A stretch of DNA of 64,000 bases from an uncultured Sandarakinorhabdus sp. (GTDB lineage Bacteria; Pseudomonadota; Alphaproteobacteria; Sphingomonadales; Sphingomonadaceae), in contig CAZHTW010000001.1 in assembly GCA_964535865.1 (NCBI GenBank), forward strand, positions 4,599-68,598, given 5' to 3'. Shown here one piece after another: positions 20,333 to 30,708 of this stretch (within the stretch, counting starts at the first letter, position 1; each line of letters opens with the position of its first letter). Position numbers and translations under genes: made by a program. The notes under the pieces were generated by a model. That model worked only from the letters and a program-made list of their open reading frames with translations, did no database searches and was not told the DNA's origin.

Positions 20333-21838
20333 ATGCCGGATCAACCTTTCCAGACGCTGGTCATCGCCGGTGGCGGCACGGCCGGCTGGATGACAGCCGC
20401 CGCGCTGGCCCGTTTTTGCGGGCCGGGCTGGCAGGTGGTGCTGGTGGAATCCGATGCCATCGGCACGGTGGGGGTGGGCGAAGCCACCATCCCGCAGATC
20501 CGGCTGTTCAATGCCGGGCTGGGGATTGATGAAGCCGATTTCCTCAGCCACACGCAGGGCACGCTGAAGCTCGGCATCGAATTTGTCGATTGGTGGCAGC
20601 CCGGCCAGCGTTACATGCACAATTTTGGCGAGGTGGGGCGGGGTCTTGGTGTGGTGCCCTTCCACCATTGGTGGGCCGCTGCCCGCGCCGCCGGGGTGGC
20701 CGATGATTATGGCCAGTACAGCCTGAATGAACGCGCCGCCCGCGCCGGCCGCTTTGCGCCGTTCGGCGGCGACACCACCCTGCCGCCCCTGGTGTGGGCC
20801 TATCATTTCGATGCCGGCCTCTATGCCGCCTATCTGCGCCGCCATGCCGAAGCGCGCGGTGTGGTCCGCCACGAAGGCCGCATCGCCAGGGTGGAAACGC
20901 AGGGTGAGACCATCGTGGCCCTGCACATGGATGATGGCCGCCGCATCACCGGCGATCTGTTCATCGATTGCTCCGGTTTCCGCAGCCTGTTGCTCGGCGA
21001 AACCCTGGGCAGCGGCTGGCACGACTGGTCGCACTGGCTGCCGTGTGACAGCGCGGTGGCAGTGCCCTGCGCGCATGCCGATGGCGTGGGTCTGACGCCC
21101 TATACCCGCAGCACGGCGCGCGCCGCCGGATGGCAATGGCGCATTCCGTTGCAACACCGCATCGGCAACGGCCATGTGTTTTCGTCGGCCCATCTCAGCG
21201 CGGATGAAGCCACCGCCACATTGCTGGCCAATCTGGATGGCCCGGCGCTGGCCGAACCACGGACCTTGCGCTTTCAGGCCGGGCGGCGCGACCGGGTGTG
21301 GATCGGCAACTGCATGGCGCTGGGGCTGGCGGCGGGCTTTCTGGAGCCGCTGGAATCCACCTCCATCCACCTGATCCAGTCCGGCATTGCCCGCTTGCTG
21401 GCGCTGCTGCCCGGCGATGCGGCGGCCCTGCCGGCGCTGGCCGCCGAAGCCAACCGCCAGGCCGCGCGCGAGATGGAGTGGATCCGCGATTTCATCATCC
21501 TGCACTACAAGGCCACGGCGCGGGCCGACACGCCCTTCTGGGCCCAGGTGCAGGCGATGGATGTGCCGCCGGACCTGGCGGAACGGATGGCGCTGTTCCG
21601 CCAGACCGGCCACATCCGCCGCGACCATGATGAGCTGTTCACCGAACTGGCCTGGGCGCAGGTGCTGATCGGGCAGGGGTGCACGCCGCACCGCCCCCAT
21701 CCGCTCACCGCCGGCATCGGCCGCGATGATCTGGCCGGGTTCATGGGCCTGCTGGATCGGGCCATCACCGCCGGCGCCGCCGCGCTGCCCGGCCATGGCG
21801 ACTGGCTGGCCCAACATGCCGCCGCACGGGAGACATGA
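20333..21838 (+). CDS. Flavin-dependent halogenase (tryptophan halogenase family), copy 2
   Basis: GGGTAGW, VGVGEATIP, GTLKLGIEF, WQWRIP, FLEPLEST. Confidence 0.95.
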   Translation: MPDQPFQTLVIAGGGTAGWMTAAALARFCGPGWQVVLVESDAIGTVGVGEATIPQIRLFNAGLGIDEADFLSHTQGTLKLGIEFVDWWQPGQRYMHNFGEVGRGLGVVPFHHWWAAARAAGVADDYGQYSLNERAARAGRFAPFGGDTTLPPLVWAYHFDAGLYAAYLRRHAEARGVVRHEGRIARVETQGETIVALHMDDGRRITGDLFIDCSGFRSLLLGETLGSGWHDWSHWLPCDSAVAVPCAHADGVGLTPYTRSTARAAGWQWRIPLQHRIGNGHVFSSAHLSADEATATLLANLDGPALAEPRTLRFQAGRRDRVWIGNCMALGLAAGFLEPLESTSIHLIQSGIARLLALLPGDAAALPALAAEANRQAAREMEWIRDFIILHYKATARADTPFWAQVQAMDVPPDLAERMALFRQTGHIRRDHDELFTELAWAQVLIGQGCTPHRPHPLTAGIGRDDLAGFMGLLDRAITAGAAALPGHGDWLAQHAAARET

Positions 21839-23697
21839 TCATGATCCGCACCCTGGCCACCGCCTTGATGCTTGCGGCCACAATTGCCGCACATGCGGCC
21901 ACCAAAGCCCCGGTTTTGGCCACCAGCCTGCCCGATCCAGCGGTTTTGGCCGCCGTTCGGGCACGCCCGCCGCAGGATGAGCTGATCTATTTCCTGCTGC
22001 CCGACCGCTTCGCCAATGGCGATCTCACCAACGATCGCGGCGGCATCACCGGCGGGCGGCTGCAGACCGGCTTTGACCCCACCTCAAAGGCGTTCTTCAA
22101 CGGCGGAGACATCGCCGGCATCATCCAGAAACTTGATTATATCCAAGGGCTTGGTGCCACCGCCGTGTGGCTGGCCCCGGTGTTTGCCAACAAGCCGGTG
22201 CAAGGTGGACCGGGCCAGGAATCGGCGGGATACCACGGTTACTGGATCACCGATTTCACCCGGGTCGATCCCCATCTGGGCAGCAACGCCGATCTGAAGC
22301 GCCTGGTCGACGCGGCCCACGCAAGGGGCATGAAGGTCTATCTCGATATCGTCACCAACCACACCGCCGACGTGATCCAGTATCGGGAATGTGTTGACAA
22401 ACCATGCGCTTACCGCAGCCGGGCCGACTATCCCTACAGCCGGCAGGGCGGCATTTCCGGCGCCGAGATCAACCCTGGCTTCGCCGGCGACCACATCGCC
22501 ACCGCCGAAAACTGGGCCAAGCTGACCCGACCGGATTTTGCCTATTCGCCCTTCGTGCCCGCCGGGCAGGAACGCGCCAAAACCCCGGCCTGGCTGAACG
22601 ATCCCATCTTCTACCACAACCGCGGCGAAAGTAATTTTCGCAACGAATCCAGCCAGTTCGGGGATTTTGTCAGCCTGGATGATCTGGCGACCGAACACCC
22701 GCGCGTGGTGGCTGGCATGATCGAAATCTATGGCGACTGGATCGACCGGCTGGGCATCGATGGCTATCGCATCGATACCGCCCAACATGTGAATCCCCAG
22801 TTCTGGCAAGCCTTTGTGCCGGCCATGCAGGCCCGCGCCAGGGCCGCAGGCATCCCCCATTTCCACATCTTCGGCGAAGTTTCCATCGACGAGGTCGATG
22901 TGGGCCGCCTCGCCCGCAACAGCATCATCAGCGGCATGGACAATGTGCTGGATTTCGCCCTGACCAACGCCGCCATGCAGACCATCGCCGGCGCAGCCCC
23001 CACATCGGTGCTGGCACGGTTGTTCGCCGATGATGTGCTCTACCGCCAAGGGGAGGCCACCGCGGGCACCAATGCCAGCTTCATCAGCAACCATGATGGC
23101 GGCCGTTTTGCCTGGTTCGTGCGCCGCGCCAACCCGCAGATCGGCATGGTCGAACTGGCCCAGCGCACGCTGCTGGCCCATGCACTTCTGCTGTTTTCTC
23201 GTGGTGTGCCAACGCTTTATGCCGGGGACGAACAGGGATTCATCGGCACCGGCAATGATCAGAGCGCCCGCCAGCCACTGTTCGCCAGCCAGGTTCCCGA
23301 ATATCGCGCCATGCAGCGGCTGGCCACGACCGCCGGGCATGGGGTGGACAGTTACGATCCCAAACACCCGTTTTACCGCGCCATCAAGGCGATGGCGGCG
23401 GTGCGCGCCGCCGATCCGCGCCTGCGCCACGGCCAGACCATCGTGCGTGCTGCCGGCGACGCGCCGGGCCTGTTTGCCTTTTCCCGCCGATTGCCCGGCC
23501 GGGCAGGCGAGACTGTGGTGGTGATGAACACCGCCAACACCCCCCTTACCGCCAATGTGATGGTCGATCCGGCCAGCATCGCCTGGGCCAGCCGGCTGGG
23601 CAGTTGCCCCGCCACGGCCGCAGCGCCGGGCACCATGGCGATCAGCCTGCCGCCATTGGGGGTGGCGGTGTGCAGCAGTGACGAAGGTGCACGATAA
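21835..23697 (+). CDS. Secreted GH13 alpha-amylase family protein
   Basis: Signal peptide, YFLLPDRFANGD, YHGYW, DIVTNH, DGYRID, IFGEV, FISNHD. Confidence 0.93.
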   Translation: MIMIRTLATALMLAATIAAHAATKAPVLATSLPDPAVLAAVRARPPQDELIYFLLPDRFANGDLTNDRGGITGGRLQTGFDPTSKAFFNGGDIAGIIQKLDYIQGLGATAVWLAPVFANKPVQGGPGQESAGYHGYWITDFTRVDPHLGSNADLKRLVDAAHARGMKVYLDIVTNHTADVIQYRECVDKPCAYRSRADYPYSRQGGISGAEINPGFAGDHIATAENWAKLTRPDFAYSPFVPAGQERAKTPAWLNDPIFYHNRGESNFRNESSQFGDFVSLDDLATEHPRVVAGMIEIYGDWIDRLGIDGYRIDTAQHVNPQFWQAFVPAMQARARAAGIPHFHIFGEVSIDEVDVGRLARNSIISGMDNVLDFALTNAAMQTIAGAAPTSVLARLFADDVLYRQGEATAGTNASFISNHDGGRFAWFVRRANPQIGMVELAQRTLLAHALLLFSRGVPTLYAGDEQGFIGTGNDQSARQPLFASQVPEYRAMQRLATTAGHGVDSYDPKHPFYRAIKAMAAVRAADPRLRHGQTIVRAAGDAPGLFAFSRRLPGRAGETVVVMNTANTPLTANVMVDPASIAWASRLGSCPATAAAPGTMAISLPPLGVAVCSSDEGAR

Positions 23698-25316
23698 TGC
23701 CTGATGCCGCCCAATCCCTGCCCGAAGCCCAAACCGCCACCGCGGCGCCGTGGTGGCTGGGGGCCAGCATCTATCAAATTTATCCGCGCAGCTTTCTGGA
23801 CAGCAATGGCGATGGCATCGGCGATCTGCCCGGCATCACCGCCCGGCTGGATCATGTTGCCTCCCTTAATGTCGATGCGATCTGGCTGTCGCCCTTCTTC
23901 ACCTCGCCGATGCGGGATTTTGGCTATGATGTAGCCGATTATCGCGGCGTTGATCCGATCTTTGGCACGCTGGCCGATTTTGATGCGCTGATTGCCCGCG
24001 CCCATTCGCTGGGCCTGAAGGTGATCATCGATCAGGTGTGGAGCCACACATCCGATCAACATGCCTGGTTTCAGGAAAGCCGGCAGAGCCGCACCAACCC
24101 CAAGGCCGATTGGTATGTGTGGGCCGATGCCAAGCCGGATGGCACCCCGCCATCCAACTGGCAATCGGTGTTCGGCGGCCCGGCCTGGACCTGGGACGCC
24201 CGGCGACAGCAATATCACCTGCACAACTTCCTGAATTCGCAGCCTGATCTCAACGTGCACAACCCCGCGGTTCAGGATGCGATCCTGGATGTGGCGCGGT
24301 TTTGGCTGGATCGCGGCGTTGATGGCTTCCGCATCGATGCGATCAATTTTTCGATGCACGATCCGCAATTGCGCGACAATCCGCCAGCCAGCGGCAACCA
24401 CAAGCGCACCCGCCCGTTCGATTTCCAGCGCCGCATCCACAACATGTCCCACCCCGATATCCCGGGCTTTCTGGAACGGGTGGCCAGCGTGATGGCGGAG
24501 TATCCGGGCCGCTTCACCGTGGCCGAAGTGGGCGGCGACGAGGCGATTGCCGAAATGCACGCCTTCACCGCCGGTAGCAAACGGCTGAACTCGGCCTATG
24601 GCTTCAACTTCCTCTATGGCGAGGCGCTGACACCGCGGTTGGTGGCCGATGCGCTGGCAGAATGGCCAGAAACGCCGGGCACCGGGTGGCCCAGTTGGGC
24701 CTTTTCCAACCACGACGCGCCGCGTGCCGCCAGCCGCTGGCACGGGGCCTGGGATCATGATGACTATGCCCGGCTGATCATGCTGCTGCTGGTGGCCCTG
24801 CGCGGCAACATCTTCCTTTATTATGGTGAAGAATTGGGCCTCACCCAGGCTGAGATCGGCTTTGACGATCTGCAGGATCCCGAGGCCATCGCCAACTGGC
24901 CGCTCACCCTGGGCCGTGATGGCGCCCGCACCCCGATGCCCTGGGCTGCCGATCTGCCCCAGGCCGGCTTTTCCACCGCCAAGCCCTGGCTGCCACTGGG
25001 CGCCGACCATGCGGCGCGGGCGGTGAACCGTCAGCAGGACGATCCCCACGCCATGCTGCACTGGACCCGCCAGTTGATGGCCCTGCGCCAGCAGCAACCG
25101 GCCCTCAAGCGCGGCAGCGCCGATGTGGCCGTGGCCGCTGGTGATCTGCTCATCCTGCACCGCACGCTGGGCAATGAACGGTTGGTCTGCGCCTTCAACC
25201 TCGGAGCCGAGCCCATTGCCGTCGATCTGGCCATTGCCGCTCCCCTTGCCAGCCATGGCGGTGCCAGCGCCCGGCTGTTGCCGCCTTTTTCGGGATTCAT
25301 CGCACCATGCGCCTGA
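23697..25316 (+). CDS. GH13 alpha-glucosidase (cytoplasmic)
   Basis: WW..IYQIYPRSF.DSNGDGIGD, QPDLN, DGFRID, VAEV, FSNHD, RDGARTPM. Confidence 0.94.
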   Translation: MPDAAQSLPEAQTATAAPWWLGASIYQIYPRSFLDSNGDGIGDLPGITARLDHVASLNVDAIWLSPFFTSPMRDFGYDVADYRGVDPIFGTLADFDALIARAHSLGLKVIIDQVWSHTSDQHAWFQESRQSRTNPKADWYVWADAKPDGTPPSNWQSVFGGPAWTWDARRQQYHLHNFLNSQPDLNVHNPAVQDAILDVARFWLDRGVDGFRIDAINFSMHDPQLRDNPPASGNHKRTRPFDFQRRIHNMSHPDIPGFLERVASVMAEYPGRFTVAEVGGDEAIAEMHAFTAGSKRLNSAYGFNFLYGEALTPRLVADALAEWPETPGTGWPSWAFSNHDAPRAASRWHGAWDHDDYARLIMLLLVALRGNIFLYYGEELGLTQAEIGFDDLQDPEAIANWPLTLGRDGARTPMPWAADLPQAGFSTAKPWLPLGADHAARAVNRQQDDPHAMLHWTRQLMALRQQQPALKRGSADVAVAAGDLLILHRTLGNERLVCAFNLGAEPIAVDLAIAAPLASHGGASARLLPPFSGFIAPCA

Positions 25317-27367
25317 TCCTCACGCTGCTCGCGCTGCTGTTCGCTCTTCCGGCACGTGCCGAACCGGTGCTGCGCTCCCCCGATGGCCGCACCGAAGTGC
25401 GCATCAGCGGCGACGGCGATGGCCGCCTCTATTGGCAGGCCAACCGGGATGGCAAACCACTGATCAGCGCCTCGCCACTGGGCTTCATCCTCGCCGATGC
25501 GCCCAAGCTGGACCGCAAGCTGGCCATCACTGGTGAAGACCGCGCCAGCCGCGACAGCAGCTGGGATCAGCCCTGGGGCGAGCGCGCCAAGGTGCGCGAC
25601 CAGCACAACGAATTGGTGCTGCACATCGCCGAAACCAGTGTGCTGAAACGCCGTTTCGATCTGGTTATCCGCGCCTTCAACGATGGCATCGCCCTGCGCT
25701 ATGCCTTTCCCGAGCAGCCGAACCTGAAATCCCTGCGCATCGTGGCAGAACTCACTGAATTCCGCATTGCTGAGGCCGCGGGCGGCAAGGCCTGGTGGAT
25801 TCCGGCGCTGGAGTGGAACCGCGAGGAGTATCTTTATCGCGCCACCGGCATCACCGAAGTTGGCCTGGCGCAAACGCCGATGACGATGCGCACTGCCAGC
25901 GGCACCTGGCTTTCCATCCATGAAGCCGCGCTGATCGATTATGCCGGCATGAACCTGCAACCCGCCGGCAATGGCGTGTTCCGCGCCGCGCTCACGCCGT
26001 CGGCCGGTGGGCCGGCGGTGGTGGTGGCCGCGCCCTTTGCCACCCCTTGGCGGGTGGTGATGATCGGCGACAGTGCCCCGGTTCTGGCCAACGCCAGCCT
26101 CATCCTCAACCTCAACGAACCCAACAGGCTGGGCGACGTGTCGTGGGTCCGCCCTTGCAAATATGCCGGCATCTGGTGGTCCATGCATCTTGAGACCGAA
26201 AGCTGGGCCACCGGGCCCAAGCATGGCGCCACCACTGCCAACACGGTGAAAATGATCGACTGGGCCGCGGCCAATGGCCTGTGCGGTTTGCTGATTGAAG
26301 GCTGGAACCTGGGCTGGGATGGCGACTGGTTTGCCAACGGCTGGGATTTCCGCTTTTCTCAGCCGACGCCCGATTTCGACATGACAGCCATCGCCGCCCA
26401 CGCGAAGAAGAAGGGCATCGGCCTGATCGGCCACCATGAAACCAGTGGCAATCTCGCCAATTATGAGGCGCAGCTGGATGCGGGCATGGCCTATTATGCC
26501 CGGAACGGCGTGACGATGGTCAAGACCGGCTATGTCGCCGATGCCGGCGGCCTGCAGGTGACTGCGCCAATGCCCAAGGATGGAATCTTGGGCACGGACA
26601 TGAACGGCCAGCCGCGCGCCATCACCTATGAATGGCACGAGGGCCAGGCCAGTGCCCGCCACCATGTGAAGGTGCTGGAAGCCGCCGCCAAACAGCGCAT
26701 CGCCGTCAACGCACACGAACCGATCAAGGACACCGGGCTCAGGCGCACCTTCCCCAATTGGGTGAGTCGCGAAGGCGCGCGCGGCATGGAGTTCAACGCC
26801 TGGGGCAACCCCAACAACGGACCGGAACACGAGGCGACCCTGGCCTTCACCCGCCTGCTCGCCGGGCCGATGGATTATACGCCGGGCATCGTCTCGCTGC
26901 TGGGCCGCGGCCAGAAAATCCCCTCCACGCTGGCCAAGCAACTGGCGTTGTATGTGACCATCTACTCCCCCCTGCAGATGGTCGCCGATCTGCCCGAGAA
27001 TTATGCCAAGGCGCCCAAGGCGGCGATGGACTTCATCCGCGCCGTGCCGGTGGACTGGCAGGAATCGGTGACGCTGGCCGGCGAACCTGGCAGCCATGTC
27101 GTCACCGCCCGGCAACGGCGCGGTGGCGCGGATTGGTGGCTGGGCGCAGCCGGCGGCAAGGTGGCGGTGGATGCAGACGTGCCGCTCAGCTTTCTCACCC
27201 CCGGCACACGCTATCGCCTCACCCTGTGGCGTGACGGCCCGGCGGCCGATGCCAACCCGCATGATCTGGCGGTCGAAACCCGCACGGTGACCAACACCGA
27301 CCGGCTGGCCCTGCATCTGGCCAGCGGCGGCGGCGGCGCGGCGGCGCGGTTCGAGCCAATCCAATGA
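25307..27367 (+). CDS. GH97 alpha-glucosidase (SusB-like, probably inverting)
   Basis: Signal peptide, RAFNDG, KYAGIWW, IEGWN.GW, HHET, HEPIK, EGARG.E, GPMDYTPG. Confidence 0.94.
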   Translation: MRLILTLLALLFALPARAEPVLRSPDGRTEVRISGDGDGRLYWQANRDGKPLISASPLGFILADAPKLDRKLAITGEDRASRDSSWDQPWGERAKVRDQHNELVLHIAETSVLKRRFDLVIRAFNDGIALRYAFPEQPNLKSLRIVAELTEFRIAEAAGGKAWWIPALEWNREEYLYRATGITEVGLAQTPMTMRTASGTWLSIHEAALIDYAGMNLQPAGNGVFRAALTPSAGGPAVVVAAPFATPWRVVMIGDSAPVLANASLILNLNEPNRLGDVSWVRPCKYAGIWWSMHLETESWATGPKHGATTANTVKMIDWAAANGLCGLLIEGWNLGWDGDWFANGWDFRFSQPTPDFDMTAIAAHAKKKGIGLIGHHETSGNLANYEAQLDAGMAYYARNGVTMVKTGYVADAGGLQVTAPMPKDGILGTDMNGQPRAITYEWHEGQASARHHVKVLEAAAKQRIAVNAHEPIKDTGLRRTFPNWVSREGARGMEFNAWGNPNNGPEHEATLAFTRLLAGPMDYTPGIVSLLGRGQKIPSTLAKQLALYVTIYSPLQMVADLPENYAKAPKAAMDFIRAVPVDWQESVTLAGEPGSHVVTARQRRGGADWWLGAAGGKVAVDADVPLSFLTPGTRYRLTLWRDGPAADANPHDLAVETRTVTNTDRLALHLASGGGGAAARFEPIQ

Positions 27368-28287
27368 TCAGCCGGCGCGCTCTGCTGGCCGGCGGCGCTG
27401 CACTGGCGGCTGCGCCGGGCCTGGCGCGCGAATCGATCCAGTTCACCCGCCATCCGAACATCACGGCGCCCGGCCTGATGCCGCGTCATGTCGATGTGTG
27501 GGTGCCGCCCGATGCCCCGGCTGGCCAGCCGCTGCCACTGCTGCTGATGCATGATGGCCAGAATCTGTTTGAGCCGGCCTCGGCCTATGGCGGCGTGACC
27601 TGGGGCGTCGCCGAAACCATCATGGCCGGTATGGCGGCCGGCACCTTGCCGCCGATGATCGTGGCAGGCGTGTGGAACACAGGCACGCAGCGTTGGGGCG
27701 ATTATGTGCCGGCCGATCTGATGGCGCGGTTGCCGGGCTCGCTCGCTGCACGGTTCAACCAGGCCGGCGGTGGCCCGTCGCGCTCGGCGGCCTATCTGGG
27801 CCTGTTGGCCGATCAGGTGCTGCCGCTGCTGCGACAGAATTATGATATTTCTCCGCAAAAGGCGGTGATCGCCGGCTCCTCGATGGGCGGGCTCGCCTCC
27901 CTGAACGCCTTGATGGAGCGGCCCGATCTGTTCCGCGCTGCCGGCTGCCTGTCCACCCACTGGCCGGTGCTGGCGCTCCAGCCCGAGCCGCAGGCCGGTG
28001 AGGTGCCGGCAATCCAGGCGGCCATCGCCGGCTGGATTCGCGATCGGCTCGGTCCGCCCGCCGGCCGGCGCCTGTGGCTGGACCATGGCGATCAGGGGCT
28101 GGACCAATTTTATGCCCCGTTCCAGGCCGTGGCCGACAAGGCGCTGCTTGCTGCCGGCTGGCGCATCAATGGCAATTTGGGGCAGGATGCCGTATCGCGC
28201 GCGTTCCCCGGCACAGGCCATAACGAGGCCAGCTGGGCTGCAAGGCTTGCGTTAACGTTCACATTCCTGTTCAAAGGTCTCGCATGA
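27364..28287 (+). CDS. Alpha/beta-hydrolase esterase with Tat signal
   Basis: SRRALL Tat motif, MHDGQNLF, GSSMGG nucleophile elbow, GHNE.SW. Confidence 0.85.
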   Translation: MISRRALLAGGAALAAAPGLARESIQFTRHPNITAPGLMPRHVDVWVPPDAPAGQPLPLLLMHDGQNLFEPASAYGGVTWGVAETIMAGMAAGTLPPMIVAGVWNTGTQRWGDYVPADLMARLPGSLAARFNQAGGGPSRSAAYLGLLADQVLPLLRQNYDISPQKAVIAGSSMGGLASLNALMERPDLFRAAGCLSTHWPVLALQPEPQAGEVPAIQAAIAGWIRDRLGPPAGRRLWLDHGDQGLDQFYAPFQAVADKALLAAGWRINGNLGQDAVSRAFPGTGHNEASWAARLALTFTFLFKGLA

Positions 28288-29729
28288 CCGTCGCCACCTC
28301 TTTGTTGCTGTTCGGTGCCACCGGCGATCTGTCGCGCCGCATGCTGCTGCCTTCGCTGTTTGGCCTGTCGGCCGATGGCCTGCTCCACCCGGATCTCAGG
28401 ATCATCGGCACGGCCCGTTCGGGGCTGGATACGGCCGCGTTCCGCGCCATGGCTGCCAAGGCCCTGGAACAGTTTCTCGAACCCGAACGCCGCCCAGCCG
28501 CAGCCGTCGCCACCTTCCTTGATCGCCTCGCCTACGTCCCGCTGGACGCCAACCAGCCCGAAGGCTTTTCGGCGCTGGCCGCCGAAGTGGGCGATCCGTG
28601 CCGGCTGGCGATCTTTCTTTCAACCGCCCCCAGCCTGTTCGGCCCGACCATCGCCGGGTTGGCTGGAGCCGGCCTGGCCTGTGCCGGCGCCCGCCTCGCG
28701 CTGGAAAAGCCCCTTGGCCATGATCTGGCCAGCAGCTGCGCCATCAACGATGCCGTCGCCAGCGCCTATCCGGAAAGCCAGATCTTCCGCATCGATCATT
28801 ATCTGGGCAAGGAAACCGTTCAGAATCTGCTCGCGCTGCGCTTTGGCAACATCTTGTTCGAACCGCTGTGGAACGCAGCCGGCATCGATCATGTGCAGAT
28901 CAGCGTGGGCGAAACCGTCGGCCTTGAATCGCGCGCCGATTATTATGACGGCATGGGCGCCCTGCGTGACATGGTGCAGAACCACATGCTGCAACTGCTG
29001 GCACTGGTGGCTATGGAACCGCCAGCCCGGCTCGATCCGGCCGCTGTACGTGATGAAAAGGTGAAGGTGTTGCGGTCGCTGCGCCCGATCACCGGCCGCG
29101 AAGTCGAAAGCCACAGCGTTCGCGGCCAGTATGGCGCGGGTTCCAGCGGCGGCCAGCCGGTGAAGGCCTATGCCGAGGAACTGGGCCGCGCATCGAACAC
29201 CGAAACCTTCGTGGCCTTGAAGGCCCATGTCGACAATTGGCGCTGGAAGGGCGTGCCCTTCTATCTGCGCACCGGCAAGCGCCTGCCTGAACGGGTGAGC
29301 GAGATCATCGTGCAGTTCCGGCCCGTGCCGCACAGCATGTTCGGCGATGCGGCGATGAAGCCCAACAAGCTGATCATCTCGATCCAGCCCGACGAAAATG
29401 TTGGCCTGCAGATGATGGCCAAGGTGCCGGGCCTGGATCGCGACGGCCTGAAGCTGCGCGCTGTGCCGCTGGATATCGGCATGAAAAACGCCTTTGCCGA
29501 TGTGCGCCGCCGCATTGCCTATGAACGGCTGCTGCTCGACCTTGTCGAGGGCCGGCAGACCCTGTTTGTCCGCCGCGACGAGGTGGAAGCGCAATGGACC
29601 TGGATTGATGCGATCCGGGCGGGCTGGGCAGAAACCGGGATGATGGTGAAGCCCTATGCCGCCGGGACCTGGGGCCCATCGGCGGCGATTGGCTTGACCG
29701 AACGTGATGGGGTGAGCTGGCATGACTGA
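28284..29729 (+). CDS. zwf: Glucose-6-phosphate dehydrogenase
   Basis: FGATGDL, RIDHYLGKE, RDMVQNH, PFYLRTGKR. Confidence 0.99.
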   Translation: MTVATSLLLFGATGDLSRRMLLPSLFGLSADGLLHPDLRIIGTARSGLDTAAFRAMAAKALEQFLEPERRPAAAVATFLDRLAYVPLDANQPEGFSALAAEVGDPCRLAIFLSTAPSLFGPTIAGLAGAGLACAGARLALEKPLGHDLASSCAINDAVASAYPESQIFRIDHYLGKETVQNLLALRFGNILFEPLWNAAGIDHVQISVGETVGLESRADYYDGMGALRDMVQNHMLQLLALVAMEPPARLDPAAVRDEKVKVLRSLRPITGREVESHSVRGQYGAGSSGGQPVKAYAEELGRASNTETFVALKAHVDNWRWKGVPFYLRTGKRLPERVSEIIVQFRPVPHSMFGDAAMKPNKLIISIQPDENVGLQMMAKVPGLDRDGLKLRAVPLDIGMKNAFADVRRRIAYERLLLDLVEGRQTLFVRRDEVEAQWTWIDAIRAGWAETGMMVKPYAAGTWGPSAAIGLTERDGVSWHD

Positions 29730-30708
29730 ACTGGTCGCGGCCGACATTGGCGGCACCCACGCCCGCTTTGCGCTGGCCCGGCTTGATGGCGCCGGCCATG
29801 TGGTTCAGCTGGACGAACCCACAGTGCTGCGCTGCGCCGATCATGCGTCACTGCAGATGGCGTGGGAGGCTTTTGGCGCCAGTTTGGGCCGGCCCTTGCC
29901 GCGCGCCGCCGCCATCGCCGTGGCCGCCCCGGTGGTGGGCGAAGAGTTGAAGCTCACCAACAACCCCTGGGTGATCCGCCCGGCGCTGGTGAATGAAAAG
30001 CTCGGCCTTGATGCCCATGTGCTGGTCAATGATTTCGAAGCGGTGGCCTATGCCGTTGGCGCCTGCGGGCCCGACCAGTTCCGCCATCTGTGTGGCCCCG
30101 ATCAGCCGCTGCCGGATCTCGGCACCATATCGGTGCTTGGCCCCGGCACCGGGCTGGGCGTTGGCCTGTTGGTGAAGAACGGCGGCACCGATTGGCAGGT
30201 GCTCCCCACCGAAGGCAGCCATGGCGATTTTTCCCCAGTTGACAGCCTGGAAGACGCGATACTGGCGCATTTCCGCCGCCGCTTTGTCCGGGTTTCGGCC
30301 GAACGGGTGATCTCTGGCCCTGGCCTGGCCGATATCCACGCCGCGCTGGCCGCCCTGGAAGATCGCGCCATCCAGCCGATGGACGACAAGACGCTATGGA
30401 CCCTCGCCCTGAGCGGCGAAGACAGCCTGGCCACCGCCGCGCTTGACCGCTTCTGCCTGGCGCTGGGCAGTTTTGCCGGCAACATCGCGCTGGCGCACGG
30501 GGCGGGCGGCGTGGTGATCGGCGGCGGGCTGGGCGCGCGCCTGGCCGATCTTCTGCCCAAATCCGGCTTTGCCGGACGCTTTGCCGCCAAGGGCCGCTTT
30601 GAAAATCTGATGCGCAGCCTGCCGGTGAAGCTGATCACCCATCCACAGCCCGGCCTTTATGGCGCAGCGGCGGCCTTTGCCCGCAAACAAAGTGTGAGAA
30701 CCGCATGA
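29722..30708 (+). CDS. glk: Glucokinase
   Basis: [38 protein letters not shown]. Confidence 0.97.
   Translation: MTELVAADIGGTHARFALARLDGAGHVVQLDEPTVLRCADHASLQMAWEAFGASLGRPLPRAAAIAVAAPVVGEELKLTNNPWVIRPALVNEKLGLDAHVLVNDFEAVAYAVGACGPDQFRHLCGPDQPLPDLGTISVLGPGTGLGVGLLVKNGGTDWQVLPTEGSHGDFSPVDSLEDAILAHFRRRFVRVSAERVISGPGLADIHAALAALEDRAIQPMDDKTLWTLALSGEDSLATAALDRFCLALGSFAGNIALAHGAGGVVIGGGLGARLADLLPKSGFAGRFAAKGRFENLMRSLPVKLITHPQPGLYGAAAAFARKQSVRTA

Noticed and set aside
14614-21838. Pyrrolnitrin or other halogenated natural-product cluster
   Set aside because: No prnB/C/D, NRPS, PKS or precursor peptide in the window
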